A stretch of DNA of 63,771 nucleotides, the filler included, from Choristocarpus tenellus KU-1152 (lineage: Eukaryota > Protista > Phaeophyceae), in NCBI GenBank assembly GCA_964200185.2. It is 10 parts of 10 records of this genome, joined end to end, with 100 filler letters (N's around TTAATTAATTAA, not from the genome) between each part and the next. Parts side by side here need not be neighbours in the genome. Positions count along the whole stretch, not along the records: positions 44,617 to 54,630 come from CAXNAD020003205.1; positions 54,731 to 60,112 come from CAXNAD020010971.1; positions 60,213 to 63,771 come from CAXNAD020019276.1; 7 more parts are not named here. One strand, 5' to 3'. The position numbers and the translations under genes were made by a program. The notes beneath the pieces were generated by a model. The model was not told where the DNA came from and made no database searches. It saw nothing but the letters and a program-made list of their open reading frames with translations. Below are positions 50,605 to 62,179 of the stretch, in pieces. Every line of letters begins with the position of its first letter. Position 1 is the first letter of the stretch.

Positions 50605-53162
50605 CATCACTCTAGAGGCATTAAAAAAAGCTCAGCTCTCTAACACAGCACTGTTAATATGAAATGGGGCGAGAGCAGAAAGGATTAATAATAATAAATA
50701 TATATTGTCCGCTGAAGCCCTAACCCTGAGCTAGAAAATAACTCCTGAAAGAGAACACAGGGATGCTAAATTGCAAAAAAAAAAGTTAAGAAGCAACTCT
50801 CCTCTCTTCCTACCTAAATTTTAAAAAAATGTTGGAGAAAAAAAAAGAACAGATCAGTATGCCTGTGGCCATATCCTAGTGGACTCTTAACGGCAGGCTT
50901 AGTTAGGCCATCTATTCATCACCTATTCATCAGATCGTTACCAAATCGGAGACAATTTCGTCATCGACCTCCTTTGTAAAGAACTCACCTCCCATTCTAT
51001 CTGGCTCATCAAGGTCGTTGTTATCTTCACTGACAAACCATATTAGAACCTACAAAGTATTCTAAATTGGATCCTTCTTAGTTTGATGATGTGTCTCATG
51101 TAATTACCAGGCTGCATTTTGTTTCATACTGTGCCAACGAACAGTATACATACCCCTCAACGGTCAAATCTGAAAACCCTATGATACATATTGTAGTTCT
51201 ACTTATAGAACGAGTGCCTCTGATGATCACACTCTTAGTGCAACTTGGCTTCACATCTCTCTCCACTCTTCACAATCAGAGCACCACCTGCAAAAAAATC
51301 AGAGTCTACTATTGCTAAGAGCACTGAATATCAAAGGAGGTGAAGAAGAGATTTGACGCCACCGGAACTAACAGTTGCACCACGATTACTGTTGTTTGTT
51401 TAGTGGCCAAGTCTAGTGGTTCCGTTGTTTGTGCAAACCAATCCTTCGAATGATGCACTAGTAGCTCAAGATTGAGAAGATATTTGTGTGTGTATGTATG
51501 AGTTGTACATATTTAGGTACGTATGTAGAGTGCTGCTGTGCTGAAATGTCAGGCAAATTAGCGAAAACATGTTTATACAGATTTGATGTTTCCAACTTTG
51601 AGTTATCAACTAATGAAGTACATACTGTTAAGGAAGTCAAGGCAAACCAGAGGTACCCAGAGTTGCATTTAAGGATGCTGGAAAATATGTGCAAAATCCT
51701 TCTTTTTTATTAATGTGTATCTGATATTTTCTGAGCTGTGTCGACATTTTCTAAAAAATAGAGAAATCAACTTTCTCAAGTACTTCTGGATACCTCTAGT
51801 TTACTTTGGCACAGAGCTCCAGCCCCAACAAAAAGTGAGTGTTGTAAGATCACCTGGCATCGAAAACGGTCCTTATTTTCCTCTCGCCGAAGTGAGTCCT
51901 CATAGAACTCTAGCAGCTCCTGAGGTTGACCAGTTCCTGTGTACTTTCGTACGACACCTTGCATGTCGTGCACGCCCTGTTTCCGCATTTTCATTCTCAC
52001 TTGGGCTGGAGAAGGCGAGAACTTAAAACCGTGCGCGTATCTGGGGCACCCGTAACGGAAGGGGTGCGTGGGGTGGGGGTGAACTCTAGGACTGCTGACA
52101 TGGGCATTGCACTGTTTGCTGTTGCGGTATAACTCTCTACTGCTCACTTGTTTAGGTACTCCTCATCCTCCATCACGAACGCCCATACAGCAGCTGAGAT
52201 GGGCGGCCACAGTGACAAACCACCCACCACTGTCCACCCTAACAGCACAAGTCGTCGTCGAGCAGTGCGGTTCTCCTCCAGACTATAGTGAAGTGTGGCC
52301 ATCAAAATTACCCCCAAGGTGGGTGGAACTGATGTATAGGCTGCCTCTTTGAATTCAGTGTGGCACTGAACCTTTACTGAGCCTAGGCGATGAAGAAGAT
52401 AGATTGACAAACACAGAACAAAGGACCCGAAACCAAAAACCGCCCATTCAACCTCTGGTGCATCCTCAAACTCCTTGCTGGTAGAATTGTACGCCGAAAG
52501 ATCGGGCATGGCGAGGAAGATTAAGTTCGGCACCAGGAAGGGGAATTGTAACAACAGTATCTGTGAGGGGGTGAGGTCATGGGACATGTCGAGAAGAGGA
52601 GGGGATGACGGAAGACATGAAAATTTCGGCTATAACACGGAGCCATGGTAGAGTGAAGGATGATTATAATAATTTCATGACCGCCATGGGTGTGCATCCA
52701 AATACAGAATTTCTTTGACCAAAGTTCGCTGTAAGGGAGGTCAAACACAACGCCCACAACCTAGAGAGGATGCGGTGCACTACAAACCTGTAGAGTTACG
52801 GGGTACATAGCATGACGATGATAGATGAAGATCATGGTGGTACGGTATAATCGAAGGAATATGGTGTTGACAAGCAGCCCAAACCCCAGCCAGATGGCGA
52901 AGACTCCGCCATCTGTGCTGAGCATTTCCATTTCAGTATGCCGACCCCAGAAGCCATATCGCAAAGAGGCTGCCAGTGAGCAAAGTATCCCCGCCACAGC
53001 AGAGAAATATACCAGCCCGAGGGTCTTCGCTTCATAGGGAGGCCATCGCCGATATCGGTAGAGGTGTGCTACAGTCAACACAACAACCGTGTGGTAACTG
53101 GTAACAATTCCGAGCACAATCAGGTCATACGCCCCAAGGTCATCGCCAATATTGTCTGCCAT
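46654..53162 (-). CDS. 7TM-RGS protein (seven-transmembrane domain fused to an RGS box), ~627 aa, 5 exons
   Basis: Exons 53162-52788, 52560-52148, 52040-51854, 50089-49910 and 47382-46654 splice in frame. Seven hydrophobic segments (TM3 ends IFLRLYR), then RGS-like QELLEFYED...ILDLYIRPDG..IGIS...IFDEARKEVVMIMERNL, then a ~240-aa Ser-rich tail. Same architecture as Arabidopsis RGS1. Confidence 0.85.
50292..50481. repeat. 14-bp tandem repeat (TCTATATCTATCRG)n
   Basis: About 13 copies in a 7TM-RGS intron; an (ATT)n tract follows at 50551-50604. Confidence 0.95.
51634..51812 (+). mobile_element. MITE family C copy (short, degenerate)
   Basis: AAGTCAAGGCAAACCAGAGGTACCCAGAGTTGCATTTAAGGATG...GGATACCTCTAGTTTACTTTGGCAC. 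Confidence 0.72.
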
Positions 53163-54027
53163 GCCAACTCTCAGTTCAGAGGGTGTAGATTAAGATTCCA
53201 CAGTTGTTGACTCCGAAAAGGTGCTTTCTCTACAGTTTATTTTGCATATATCCCTGAACTGCTAGGGAAAGATGGTATGCTACGATAATCTAACGCAAAT
53301 CGGTAGAACAGACGATCGGGGGGAAGGAGATATAAAATTGAGAAAGAAGAATCCAACCTATTCGAGATTGTTCCTTATTTTGATTTGATTAGACGCTTGA
53401 GAGTGCTGAGTATACTTCTTTGTTGTATGATTCCTTCATGATGACCGTTGACTACCAACAATAATTCTTCTCCTTATACCCAACAATAGTTAAGGTAATT
53501 ATCTATGTACGTATATATATGGGGTAAAGATTTATAGTATAACGTTAGTAGCATCCATTGTAGAAAAGTGTGAGGTGGCGATAACAAAAGTTGGTTGGGT
53601 AATATTACCCCCTTTAACAGTATGTGTTAATTTTGTAGTGTGGGTTTCGTTAGTGGGCAATTAGTTGTAACATAACTTGTGGTACACAGTTTGGATACAT
53701 TGAATAAAGTTTATATTTTTCGATTTCTTGTGGTTGTCGTCCCATCTCCAATCCCATTCTTAGATGTTAGAAGTCTGCTAGCTGCATTGCTTCTTTGAGG
53801 TGAAATGTCTTACATAGAGCCCCAAATGTGTTACATAGAGGCAAAGTAATTGAGAGATAGGAAAGGTTGAATTTTGAAGATGTCGAGAATTGGACAAGAG
53901 AGGCAGACCCATATACATAATTCCAGAAAGGGTCTTTGCTGAGTTGTGGCGAAAAAAAATTGTGGAAAGGGGAAGACAAATTTTGCTGGCATAAATAAAT
54001 ATCCACATTTAACAACAGAGAATTCAA

Positions 54028-54244
54028 CGTTCTCAAGTCAAACTTAACACTTCATCCATAGAAATATGGGAGAATTGCGAAAGATTTAGAAACTGGTAAA
54101 AATGGAAAATGTATGTTATGAAAAGGTGTGTGCAGGATATTGACACTTCCTAAACAAACACGATAGCCAAAATTACATGAAAATTGCAACATTGGATTTT
54201 GACCCCAAACGGACGCGTCTCTAGCCTCTAAGATATTTTGACTC
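54028..54244 (-). mobile_element. Partial MITE: family B end plus a segment shared with family C
   Basis: Ends ...CCTCTAAGATATTTTGACTC; TTCTCAAGTCAAACTTA at ~54030 is also found at ~24666. Confidence 0.72.
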
Positions 54245-54816
54245 AGTTGTTGATAACACAAAAGATACCTCTAAATAAGTTCAATGTATATTTGAAAAAG
54301 TAGCAATACAATGCTCCCTTCAAAGGGTAATAACTATAATGTACTGTGTAGACTGTTGCTATCCCTCTAACCTAGCTTAGTTCTACAGAGGTTGGGCAAT
54401 ACCTAGGAAAGCATCCCAAGAATCTGACAGGCCTCTTCTTGACCGTCTGCCTGGTGTCTCTAGCTTGAAACGCATGACGCGTCTTGAGGAAACTACTTGT
54501 TGTGAGAAATATTATCTCTCTCAAGCGGAACTTGACAGACCCTTTCTTAACGTATCCTCCAGCCTCTCCCCCCCCTCCTGCGTGGGTGACTAACTCAACC
54601 AAAAAGTTCTCGGCTTGCGCCCGAAGGTACNNNNNNNNNNNNNNNNNNNNNNNNNNNNNNNNNNNNNNNNNNNNTTAATTAATTAANNNNNNNNNNNNNN
54701 NNNNNNNNNNNNNNNNNNNNNNNNNNNNNNCAACCCCCCCCCTCCCCCCCCCCCACATTCTTCCCTTCCCCCATGGGTACAAATGTCGAATCTCATTTGC
54801 TGTAATGCCACTGCAC

Positions 54817-56641
54817 CTGGAAGCCGAACTGGTTGGAGGGGAAGCCCAGAATCTCAAGCCCACTGGCGCTGTGCTTCTTGTACAGCGTAGCCAGCTCGGC
54901 GTAGTTCTGGGCGGTTAGCCCTGTTCAAAGTAAATTTTCAAAATTCATCAGATGGGGCGGTGGGGGGGCAAGAGCAGGCAAGAAGGATCAGGTGCAAGAA
55001 AGAGAGGTTGGGGGTTTCCTGGAAAAAAAAGTGCACGTCGTTTTGTTGATTTATGTTCCACAAAAGAGTCAATAGTGCATTCTTCTATTGATCAAGGGTG
55101 TTGTGTTAGGGTGAATCTGGGGATGGGAGAACATGGTGTCTATTGGTTATACACTCTGAAGAGGACAAGAATACTACAAAACATTCACTAGGCAATAACG
55201 ATCAGCACATGTCTTGTCCTCAACATTAACACCCATGATAGTTGTGACTGCGCAAGAATTATTGAAACACAGATTTCCTAACAAAGCCAAGAGATTGGGT
55301 ATCTGAGCCTACTTACAGAGAGACGTTTATAAATAAATATCGAAATATGATAAACTGATCAGAAAGGCAGGCAAGGACTTGGAAGCGGGCGGAGGGGGCG
55401 AGGGGGGATGTTCAGGGATCGATGATGGTGATGGTGAGGAATCAAGCATAACCGCTGTTGCCTATTTTTCAATGGGCATCACAGGATAAATGCAGTTCCT
55501 TGCCTTCCCAGAGTTGAAACCTGCCCTGCCATCTTCTAGTGAAACAAAGCATTCTCAAAATATAATTAGTGCATCCCTCAACTTGCGAATCACCAATTGC
55601 AGCAAAAAAGAGATGATTCTCATTGCATTGTGGCGAAAACTAACCTTCCAGATCCTCTTCAACACGCTTCGTGTGTATTGGATACATAAGCATAACAATT
55701 TATGTAACAGTTTTACTTGTAATAAAACACTCCACACGATGAAATGCATTATTTCACTATTGCCAGACGAACAGGGGGCTGCTTCAGTACGCAGGGTGGT
55801 GCGATAAAATGAGTACAATTGTATGTAACACACCTCATTTGCTTGCGACATTGACCACCAGGAAGGCCTTCTTCTGCCCCTTGTAGGTACCGAGGTCGAA
55901 GTCATTGCCGGAGGCGTCCTTCACCGTGAAATCCAGGATTGACTTTGCGTCTTTCGCCCTGTGCGATGTACATGAACGGCACTGGTTAATCCAATCAGCA
56001 AATTCGTTTGTTTGAGATCCATCAAGGGACACATACTAGTAGTCCATTATGGAACAAAAAATAAGAGATGATACATACAAGAGGATAAGGACGATGGTTC
56101 TATGATTCTGAGGTGGCCAATATAGAAAATACGAAGCAATTGGTGTTTTATGAAATCGAACCCAGCAACTCATAATCCAGGTCATGAAATGGTTGAGGAG
56201 TTGCCCCAGGGTTACTCACTTGTCCCCACCACCGAAGCCAAAGAGGTTGCGCCTGACAGAAGAAGCTCCCCCACGACTAGCTTGAGTGGCCATGACTCGG
56301 GAGTTGCATCGAGCGGGTGCGACGAAAGCACGAGAAGCTGGTGGAAGGAGTATATCAAACAGTGAGTTGACAGGTGGCGAGGTGAGTGCATGTTGAAATG
56401 TTGACAAAGCTTGGGGCGTTGCCCACGTATCCACGCTTGATTGCTAATCACCTGTCGAATGACACGTGCATACTGTGGCCATCTTAGTTGATCGGGTAAG
56501 GTTCAGGTCAACCACAAATTGTCACCATGATCGTTTACTGATTCATACAAGAGATCGTTTGAACCAATTCCACCGACGCTTACCGGAAATAACCGACATC
56601 AGCATGGCTGCCCAGATTATTTTCTTCAGCGTGAAAACCAT
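54817..56641 (-). CDS. GPX: Selenocysteine glutathione peroxidase (PHGPx-like), plastid-targeted, 5' part (4 exons)
   Basis: Exons 56641-56584, 56337-56220, 55958-55834 and 54920-54817 give [27 protein letters not shown]...[36 protein letters not shown](TGA 55835-55837)[35 protein letters not shown]. The TGA is exactly at the peroxidatic position. The 3' exons are lost at the spacer. Confidence 0.95.
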
Positions 56642-56998
56642 TAATGCCACTCCCGTGAAGGGAAACACCGCCCCACAAAAGTTGAGGTAATAGAAGCGTC
56701 AGGATGATTGTCCTGACTGAATTGAGAGTGGATGAAGATGTCAACATGAAATCCTTACCACATCATCGAATTATAAAGTGTTAGGGCACACAAAGATATA
56801 CTTAGTAAGTGAAACCGTGACGGAAATACTCAAAGCCCTCCCATCTCGACGCTCCATCAGTCTCCCATCCTAGTCGCACCACTACTGTACTGTAAGTTCA
56901 AGAGTGGTTTCGAGGAGTGATTCGACCCTGCCATGTCCTACTGAGCTCTCTCTAAGATTCGCTGCTCTTGAGATCCAGTGCCCACCTCCTTCATTAAG
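56642..56998. promoter_or_regulatory. Putative bidirectional promoter / 5' UTR region
   Basis: 357 bp between divergent ATGs (GPX at 56641 minus, next gene at 56999 plus) within one contig; CpG-rich. No specific motif identified. Confidence 0.5.
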
Positions 56999-57785
56999 AT
57001 GGTGACCCTCACTTTCGATGAGTTCCACGCCCTTCGCAGGAGGCAGCGAGCCGAGGCCGATGGAACTATGAAGAGTAGTCCTACCCCATCCGCATCAACA
57101 GTCAATCGAAATGGGTCAAGGAGGCTAGGAAACCAAGGCGAGGGTGAGGAAGGAGGAAAGACTAACAAGAGGGAAGGAGTTGCGAGGGCTCCAGCTGCTG
57201 GCTCTCAAACGGTAGGTGCAAAAACTGATCCATTACTTCAGTGTCATCTTCAATCAAGGCGGTATTAAATAGAACGGAATTGGCCTACATGCTCAAGTTC
57301 TACAGTTCACTGTGTCTATATGTAGTGTCTACTAAAGTGAAAAAGTTGGTCAATCGATCTTTCCTCTGACCGATATTTGAGAAAGATACATCCTTCAGCA
57401 CGCAAAACGAAACTCATCCCGTTGGACATTCCCTGATAAAACTACTATTACTTGGCGACCGTAGGCAGCTGAGGGTGTATCACTGCTTCGGAGGAGAACT
57501 GGAGGCACAGCGTGGGGTGAAAGTCGGGTGGGGGGGGGCAATCCAATGACAACTGAAAACTTACATGAAAGAGATATATCTGGTGGGTTACTCCGAGGGA
57601 CTAGCTTGGGACAGTTCGTGGAGATGTACGAAGTTCAACTTTTGGTTGTGGTTCTCATATACCTCGATCTCGTAGTCAGTACCGCGCAGCTACTGCCGGC
57701 ATTGCAACTGATCATATCAGAAATGGGGAATGGCAATGCTGAAACTGGAGGGAAGGTTGCCCATCTAGTCCTCCGTGTGATGCAG
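56999..57785 (+). CDS. 5' part of a membrane protein with an Hv1/voltage-sensor-like S1 helix
   Basis: Exons 56999-57211 and 57465-57785 are in frame. EVQLLVVVLIYLDLVVSTAQLL resembles Hv1 S1 ([21 protein letters not shown]), including the mid-helix Asp. S2-S4 exons were not found. Confidence 0.55.
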
Positions 57786-58465
57786 GTGTGTGGTCATCCA
57801 ATTGTGACTCTGCATATCTTGTTCCAGAAGACTACCCACCTGCACAGAACTCTTGTACTACGGTGAATGCAAAACTCCCAGTAGTGACACGATCCATCAG
57901 GGCCCAGATACCAATATTTGGTGGGTGAAGTACCAACCCTGCAGCAATATTCAGACAAACCGCTGGAGGGAGGGTCGTTTTTTTGTGTATTTTTGTCTGC
58001 TGTACAAAGACTGCTCACTCCCTAGAAAAACAAAACTCTGTCATCTGAGCATGCTCTTTATACTGTACAAAAATAAGAATGTCCAAGGACCAAAATGTCT
58101 GGGGGGGGGGGGNNNNNNNNNCAATTTGTATTTAAAAAAAAAAAAAAAAAATACCAGAACAGAGGGAGGGGGGGGGGGGGGGGGGGGGGGGCAGCGTCCG
58201 TTTTTGACCCTAAGTAGTGGGAGAGGGTGGAGAAATGTATGTAATGAGAGTCGCCATATTGAGGTTGTATGTGAAATGTACAACTAGGGTATATGAAAAG
58301 GAGTGTTAGATAGCTATGAGTACCACACACCCCAAAAACGATCAATCCATCAATTAGTATTGCTCATGTTGCCCACTTTCCTAGGTGTTGCATCAGGTGA
58401 TATTGGACCTCGTACGAATCTAGCCTGCAGAGACCTCTTTAAAAACTTACATAGTTTGAACAACC

Positions 58466-58708
58466 GAGTCAAATTATCTTAGAGGGTAGAGCTGCGTCCA
58501 ATTGGGGGCCAAAATGCAATGTTGTGATTTTGATAAAATTTTGGGTATTGTGTTTTCTAGGAAGTGTAAATACCCTTGTTCCAAACGCATCATATTTTAC
58601 TTACTCTGAAACATTTCGGAGTAGGTAAAATGTAAAAAAAGAACGTGGTAAGCCAAGCCCCAAATGACAAACAGGGCAAAACTCGTACCCTCTAAGATAG
58701 TTTCACTC
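58466..58708 (+). mobile_element. MITE family B copy
   Basis: AACC|GAGTCAAATTATCTTAGAGGGTA...TACCCTCTAAGATAGTTTCACTC|AATC. Confidence 0.9.
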
Positions 58709-59245
58709 AATCATGTATAGGTAGTCGGTGCATTCATTTCAAAGCCTAGACTTCCACGCGAAAAATATTTTGCATGCACAAAGTACCTGTCCCAAAAAAC
58801 ACCCAGCAAAATTACGGTAGGCATCGGGAGGAAAATGTCACATGTTTTCAACTCACACATCTCCATCAATCAATATTTTAACTGGAAGATGTCTGCTACC
58901 GCTACCAAACAAGGTCATGGCACTAACCTTGGGTGGTAGGAAAGACTCCATAGCACCCCATTGACAACAGTTTTGGGATCAGGCGATGCACTGATGCAAT
59001 ATAGAGCAATACATGTCAAGGGATATGCACATTCCAAGTCATATTATTTTAACAAGAACAATCCAACAGCAGATCTCATTTGGGGGTATTGAAACACAAG
59101 TATAAGTATCGGGCTGTGAACAAGTAGCGCCAGTGGAGATGGAAGGGGTGGTGGGATGCTAATGTACTGCTTGCATGCTCTCAAAAGCATACTGTCAAAA
59201 AGATTGCCATGCATGGTTCTAGAATGTAAGAGGTGGGAACATGCG

Positions 59246-59427
59246 GGCTCAAAGTATCTGGGGGGGGTGGCGGCTGTCCATTTGGGTCCCATTTTTCCAT
59301 GTCGCGATTTTTGGGTGATTTGGTTGCATGTGTCGGATGGATGATGTAAGTTCACTTCTCCTGGTCAAGGTCCAAATGGACACCCTGGTGTAGACCCCTC
59401 CCCCCATACACACAGATACTTTGAGCC
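59246..59427 (+). mobile_element. MITE family A copy
   Basis: TGCG|GGCTCAAAGTATCTG...CAGATACTTTGAGCC|TGCA; perfect 15-bp TIR. Confidence 0.93.
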
Positions 59428-60212
59428 TGCAACTACTACTGCAGAAGTGTTTCAACCTCATCTCTTTTTGCTAGAACTGATCGGAAATTCTAGCAACACT
59501 TGAATGGGAGCAACATGTAGATATCCCCAAGCCCTTGTTCGTATCACGAGGAGGCACCACGACTACAGTACCATGCCCCAACTGACATTAAGAATCAACA
59601 AGCAGGGGGTTGGTCGATAAGCATTTTCCAATCAATCAACTGGAGAAAAAAAATGGTCAGTATCAGAAGCACCAGATATCTCTGGCTAACCTCTTGCATT
59701 AGTGGGGACAGGGTCGAGGGAGGGAGGGCATCCGTATCACAAGAGTCCGCATCCCCTGAGAGGGCATCAAATATCTACCTGCACCTACAAAATCATCAAC
59801 AGCCTTGTCCACCTTGGCAGTACTAGTGCAAAAGTACCTGTTACTCCTAGACAACATAGGTTACGGATAGAGTGCATCATTGCTTTGTTCCTGTTACTAC
59901 TTTCTCGGAATAGGCACATGCCAGCAATGCCTGTGGAGTGCCCACACAATCACAACTAATGCTTTAGGACGGCATCCAGGTTTTGTGCTTGTGCCCTCTG
60001 CCACTCCCTATTTGGTTACTGGAGAATATTGGACAAGCTAGTGACCCCTCTCAATGAGACCAGACCCCCCCCCCAGATACTTTTGGCCCTTGCGATCATT
60101 CAAACACTACACNNNNNNNNNNNNNNNNNNNNNNNNNNNNNNNNNNNNNNNNNNNNTTAATTAATTAANNNNNNNNNNNNNNNNNNNNNNNNNNNNNNNN
60201 NNNNNNNNNNNN

Positions 60213-61170
60213 CACGATGGGCGAAGGGAGAACCAGGGTGGCCGCCCGAAGGGAAGGTTGGGGAAGAGAGCAATGCAATTGTTTGTCATTGCGCTCAGGA
60301 AACGCCTAAGCGAAAACCCAGGTGTAGAATATCTTCTTTGTCGACAGTTGCAGCAAGTCCTGGCTGTTTGGAAGCTGTGTGAGCCGGAGTGGTTTAAGGA
60401 AACGAGAAAGAAGGTGTTAGGGTTGGGCTACAAGGGATCTAAAACCCGAAATTAGGTAAGGGGCTCGCGTGAAGGAGAAAGCAGTCGTGACAAAGGCAGC
60501 TGTGGAGCCTTTTCGATACCACCAAATCCTTTACTTAGAAGAGGTCGCGAAGCAGGTGGAGGTATCCATCGATGAGGACTCAGGGAAGAAAAGGAGGTGA
60601 AGTTCCTACATCTCATAGTGTGTAACTAACGCCCATTCCATATATGTGAGGATGAGACTATTTGCACACCAATGGTTTGGTATCTCCCACTTCTTGCAAG
60701 ATGTCGTACATTAACTTTTGTTCCTGGACTTGGGGTTGGACGTATAAAGTTGATTAAGGCTTTCTCCCAGGCTGCATTCATTCGAGAAATCGACACAATT
60801 TTCGATCAACTCAAGCCTGCCCTCCCTCGCCCTTACGCCTTGATAAAATATCACCCGCCCAGGAAACACGGGTGACGCCCATTTCCGGCATTCAACGAGG
60901 AAATGTGATAGTAAAGACTCTAACACTGCGAATCCTGCATAGGTGTATGAACGATGGGAAAGACCGTCAAATGGCGCTCGAGATGGCAGCAAGATATGCG
61001 ATGGTCAGGTCTGAAACTGTGAGTAAATGGGAGAGAGCCTTCCTAAGGGCCACATCAAGGTGTCGGAGCAAGGGCGCGACGAGAGGCATTTCGTTCTGGG
61101 CGTTGACGAGGATATCCTTGGTAAGGTCGAAGAGTGGGTACTTCAATACACAGGAAGAAAGGGCGGGGAG
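60213..61170 (+). pseudogene. Decayed transposase-like N-terminal fragment (HTH region)
   Basis: MALEMAARYAMVRSETVSKWERAFL, then after a frameshift KGHIKVSEQGRDERHFVLGVDEDILGKVEEWV. This resembles the HTH + S.QGRH...L.DED pattern I recall from eukaryotic IS630/Tc1-related transposases. No DDE core is visible. Confidence 0.4.
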
Positions 61171-61539
61171 GCTTTTTTCCTGTCTAAGCCCTATACTTTA
61201 ATCAAGTAATAGTGCATCTTTTGCCACTCTTGGAGACGTACAATCCAGGGTTCGAACCCCAATATGAGTGGTCTTTCTTCAAAAAATGAAAAAAATGGCG
61301 AGGAAAACGAAGCCCGTACTTTGGAGGGCATTGTGACGGGCATCACGAACATGCTTCTATTTTTTAAATCCGATGCCTACATCAAACGTTAGGACGGGAC
61401 AACCCCAGATACTGCTACCATTATACCAACTAAACGGAAGTCCTACGTATAACATTGAAATGTAAAGCATGTACCTTTGTTCATGTGTATTAATATCTCC
61501 AGAAAGCATGTAACTCTCTTGACCATGATCTACCTTGGG

Positions 61540-61830
61540 CTATGCTCGTCAAGTTTGGAGAACCTAAGATGGTCTCAACTATCCAATAATTCCATGTTGG
61601 AAAGTGGGCATGCATCCCATGGATGATGGAGAGTGTATGGTTTGGTTTGAGGTCAGGGAAGACCTTCAGGATCGGCGTGTTCTTGCCCCCATCCCATTCA
61701 GCATCTTCTTCACCGCAATACTAAGCATGGCAGTGTCAACAGAGTTCAATGCTTACCCCGCCATCTCCAAGAACATTTTTGTCTTCAAGAGAGCTTCGAA
61801 AACAACCAGGTCAGAGGAGGGATTACGTTT
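61540..61830 (+). mobile_element. Decayed RTE-like LINE RT fragment
   Basis: KFGEPK...MDDGECMVWFEVREDLQDRRVLAPIPFSIFF; homologous to the fragment at ~24940. Confidence 0.75.
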
Positions 61831-62179
61831 CGACAGAAATCTACACCTTACCGTCAATAACCGAGGAGTCATTGGAAAACCGTGCATAAATATCATTATT
61901 CCTCCATCGTACTGTGAGCTCCTAGGTGCTCTTCACTGTACCTTACCGTACTGTACTGTACCACACATATTTGTTCGAATAATATATCCGTACCGTCCAG
62001 TTGTTCTATTACCGTGGCCGGAGCGTAACCGTACCTCAATGGAATGCACTTGCCGTAACTTTGATAACTAGTATTACACTTATCTCGCCGTAAAAGTGCA
62101 AAAATACAAATATGGTAACTACTGTTTAAAATATATGCAGAAGTGGCAACCTCCCACCTTACCCACTCATTCACCAACA

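Noticed and set aside
49981-50662. Repetitive ORFs (SISIGLYLSVYIY, poly-Ile/Leu)
   Set aside because: Products of a 14-bp minisatellite and (ATT)n inside a 7TM-RGS intron, on the opposite strand.
56216-56434. ORF-track start (MDTWATPQ...) as the GPX N-terminus
   Set aside because: It begins at a non-ATG codon inside intron 1; the exon at 56641-56584 supplies a proper ATG and signal peptide in the right phase.
12597-57785. Apparent redox/signalling gene cluster (IMPDH, MsrA, 7TM-RGS, GPX)
   Set aside because: These genes are on different contigs separated by artificial spacers; only GPX and the Hv1-like gene are truly adjacent.
12362-60212. Recurrent TTAATTAATTAA palindrome flanked by N runs as a biological repeat
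   Set aside because: Identical 100-bp construction nine times; it is an all-frame-stop linker used to concatenate contigs.
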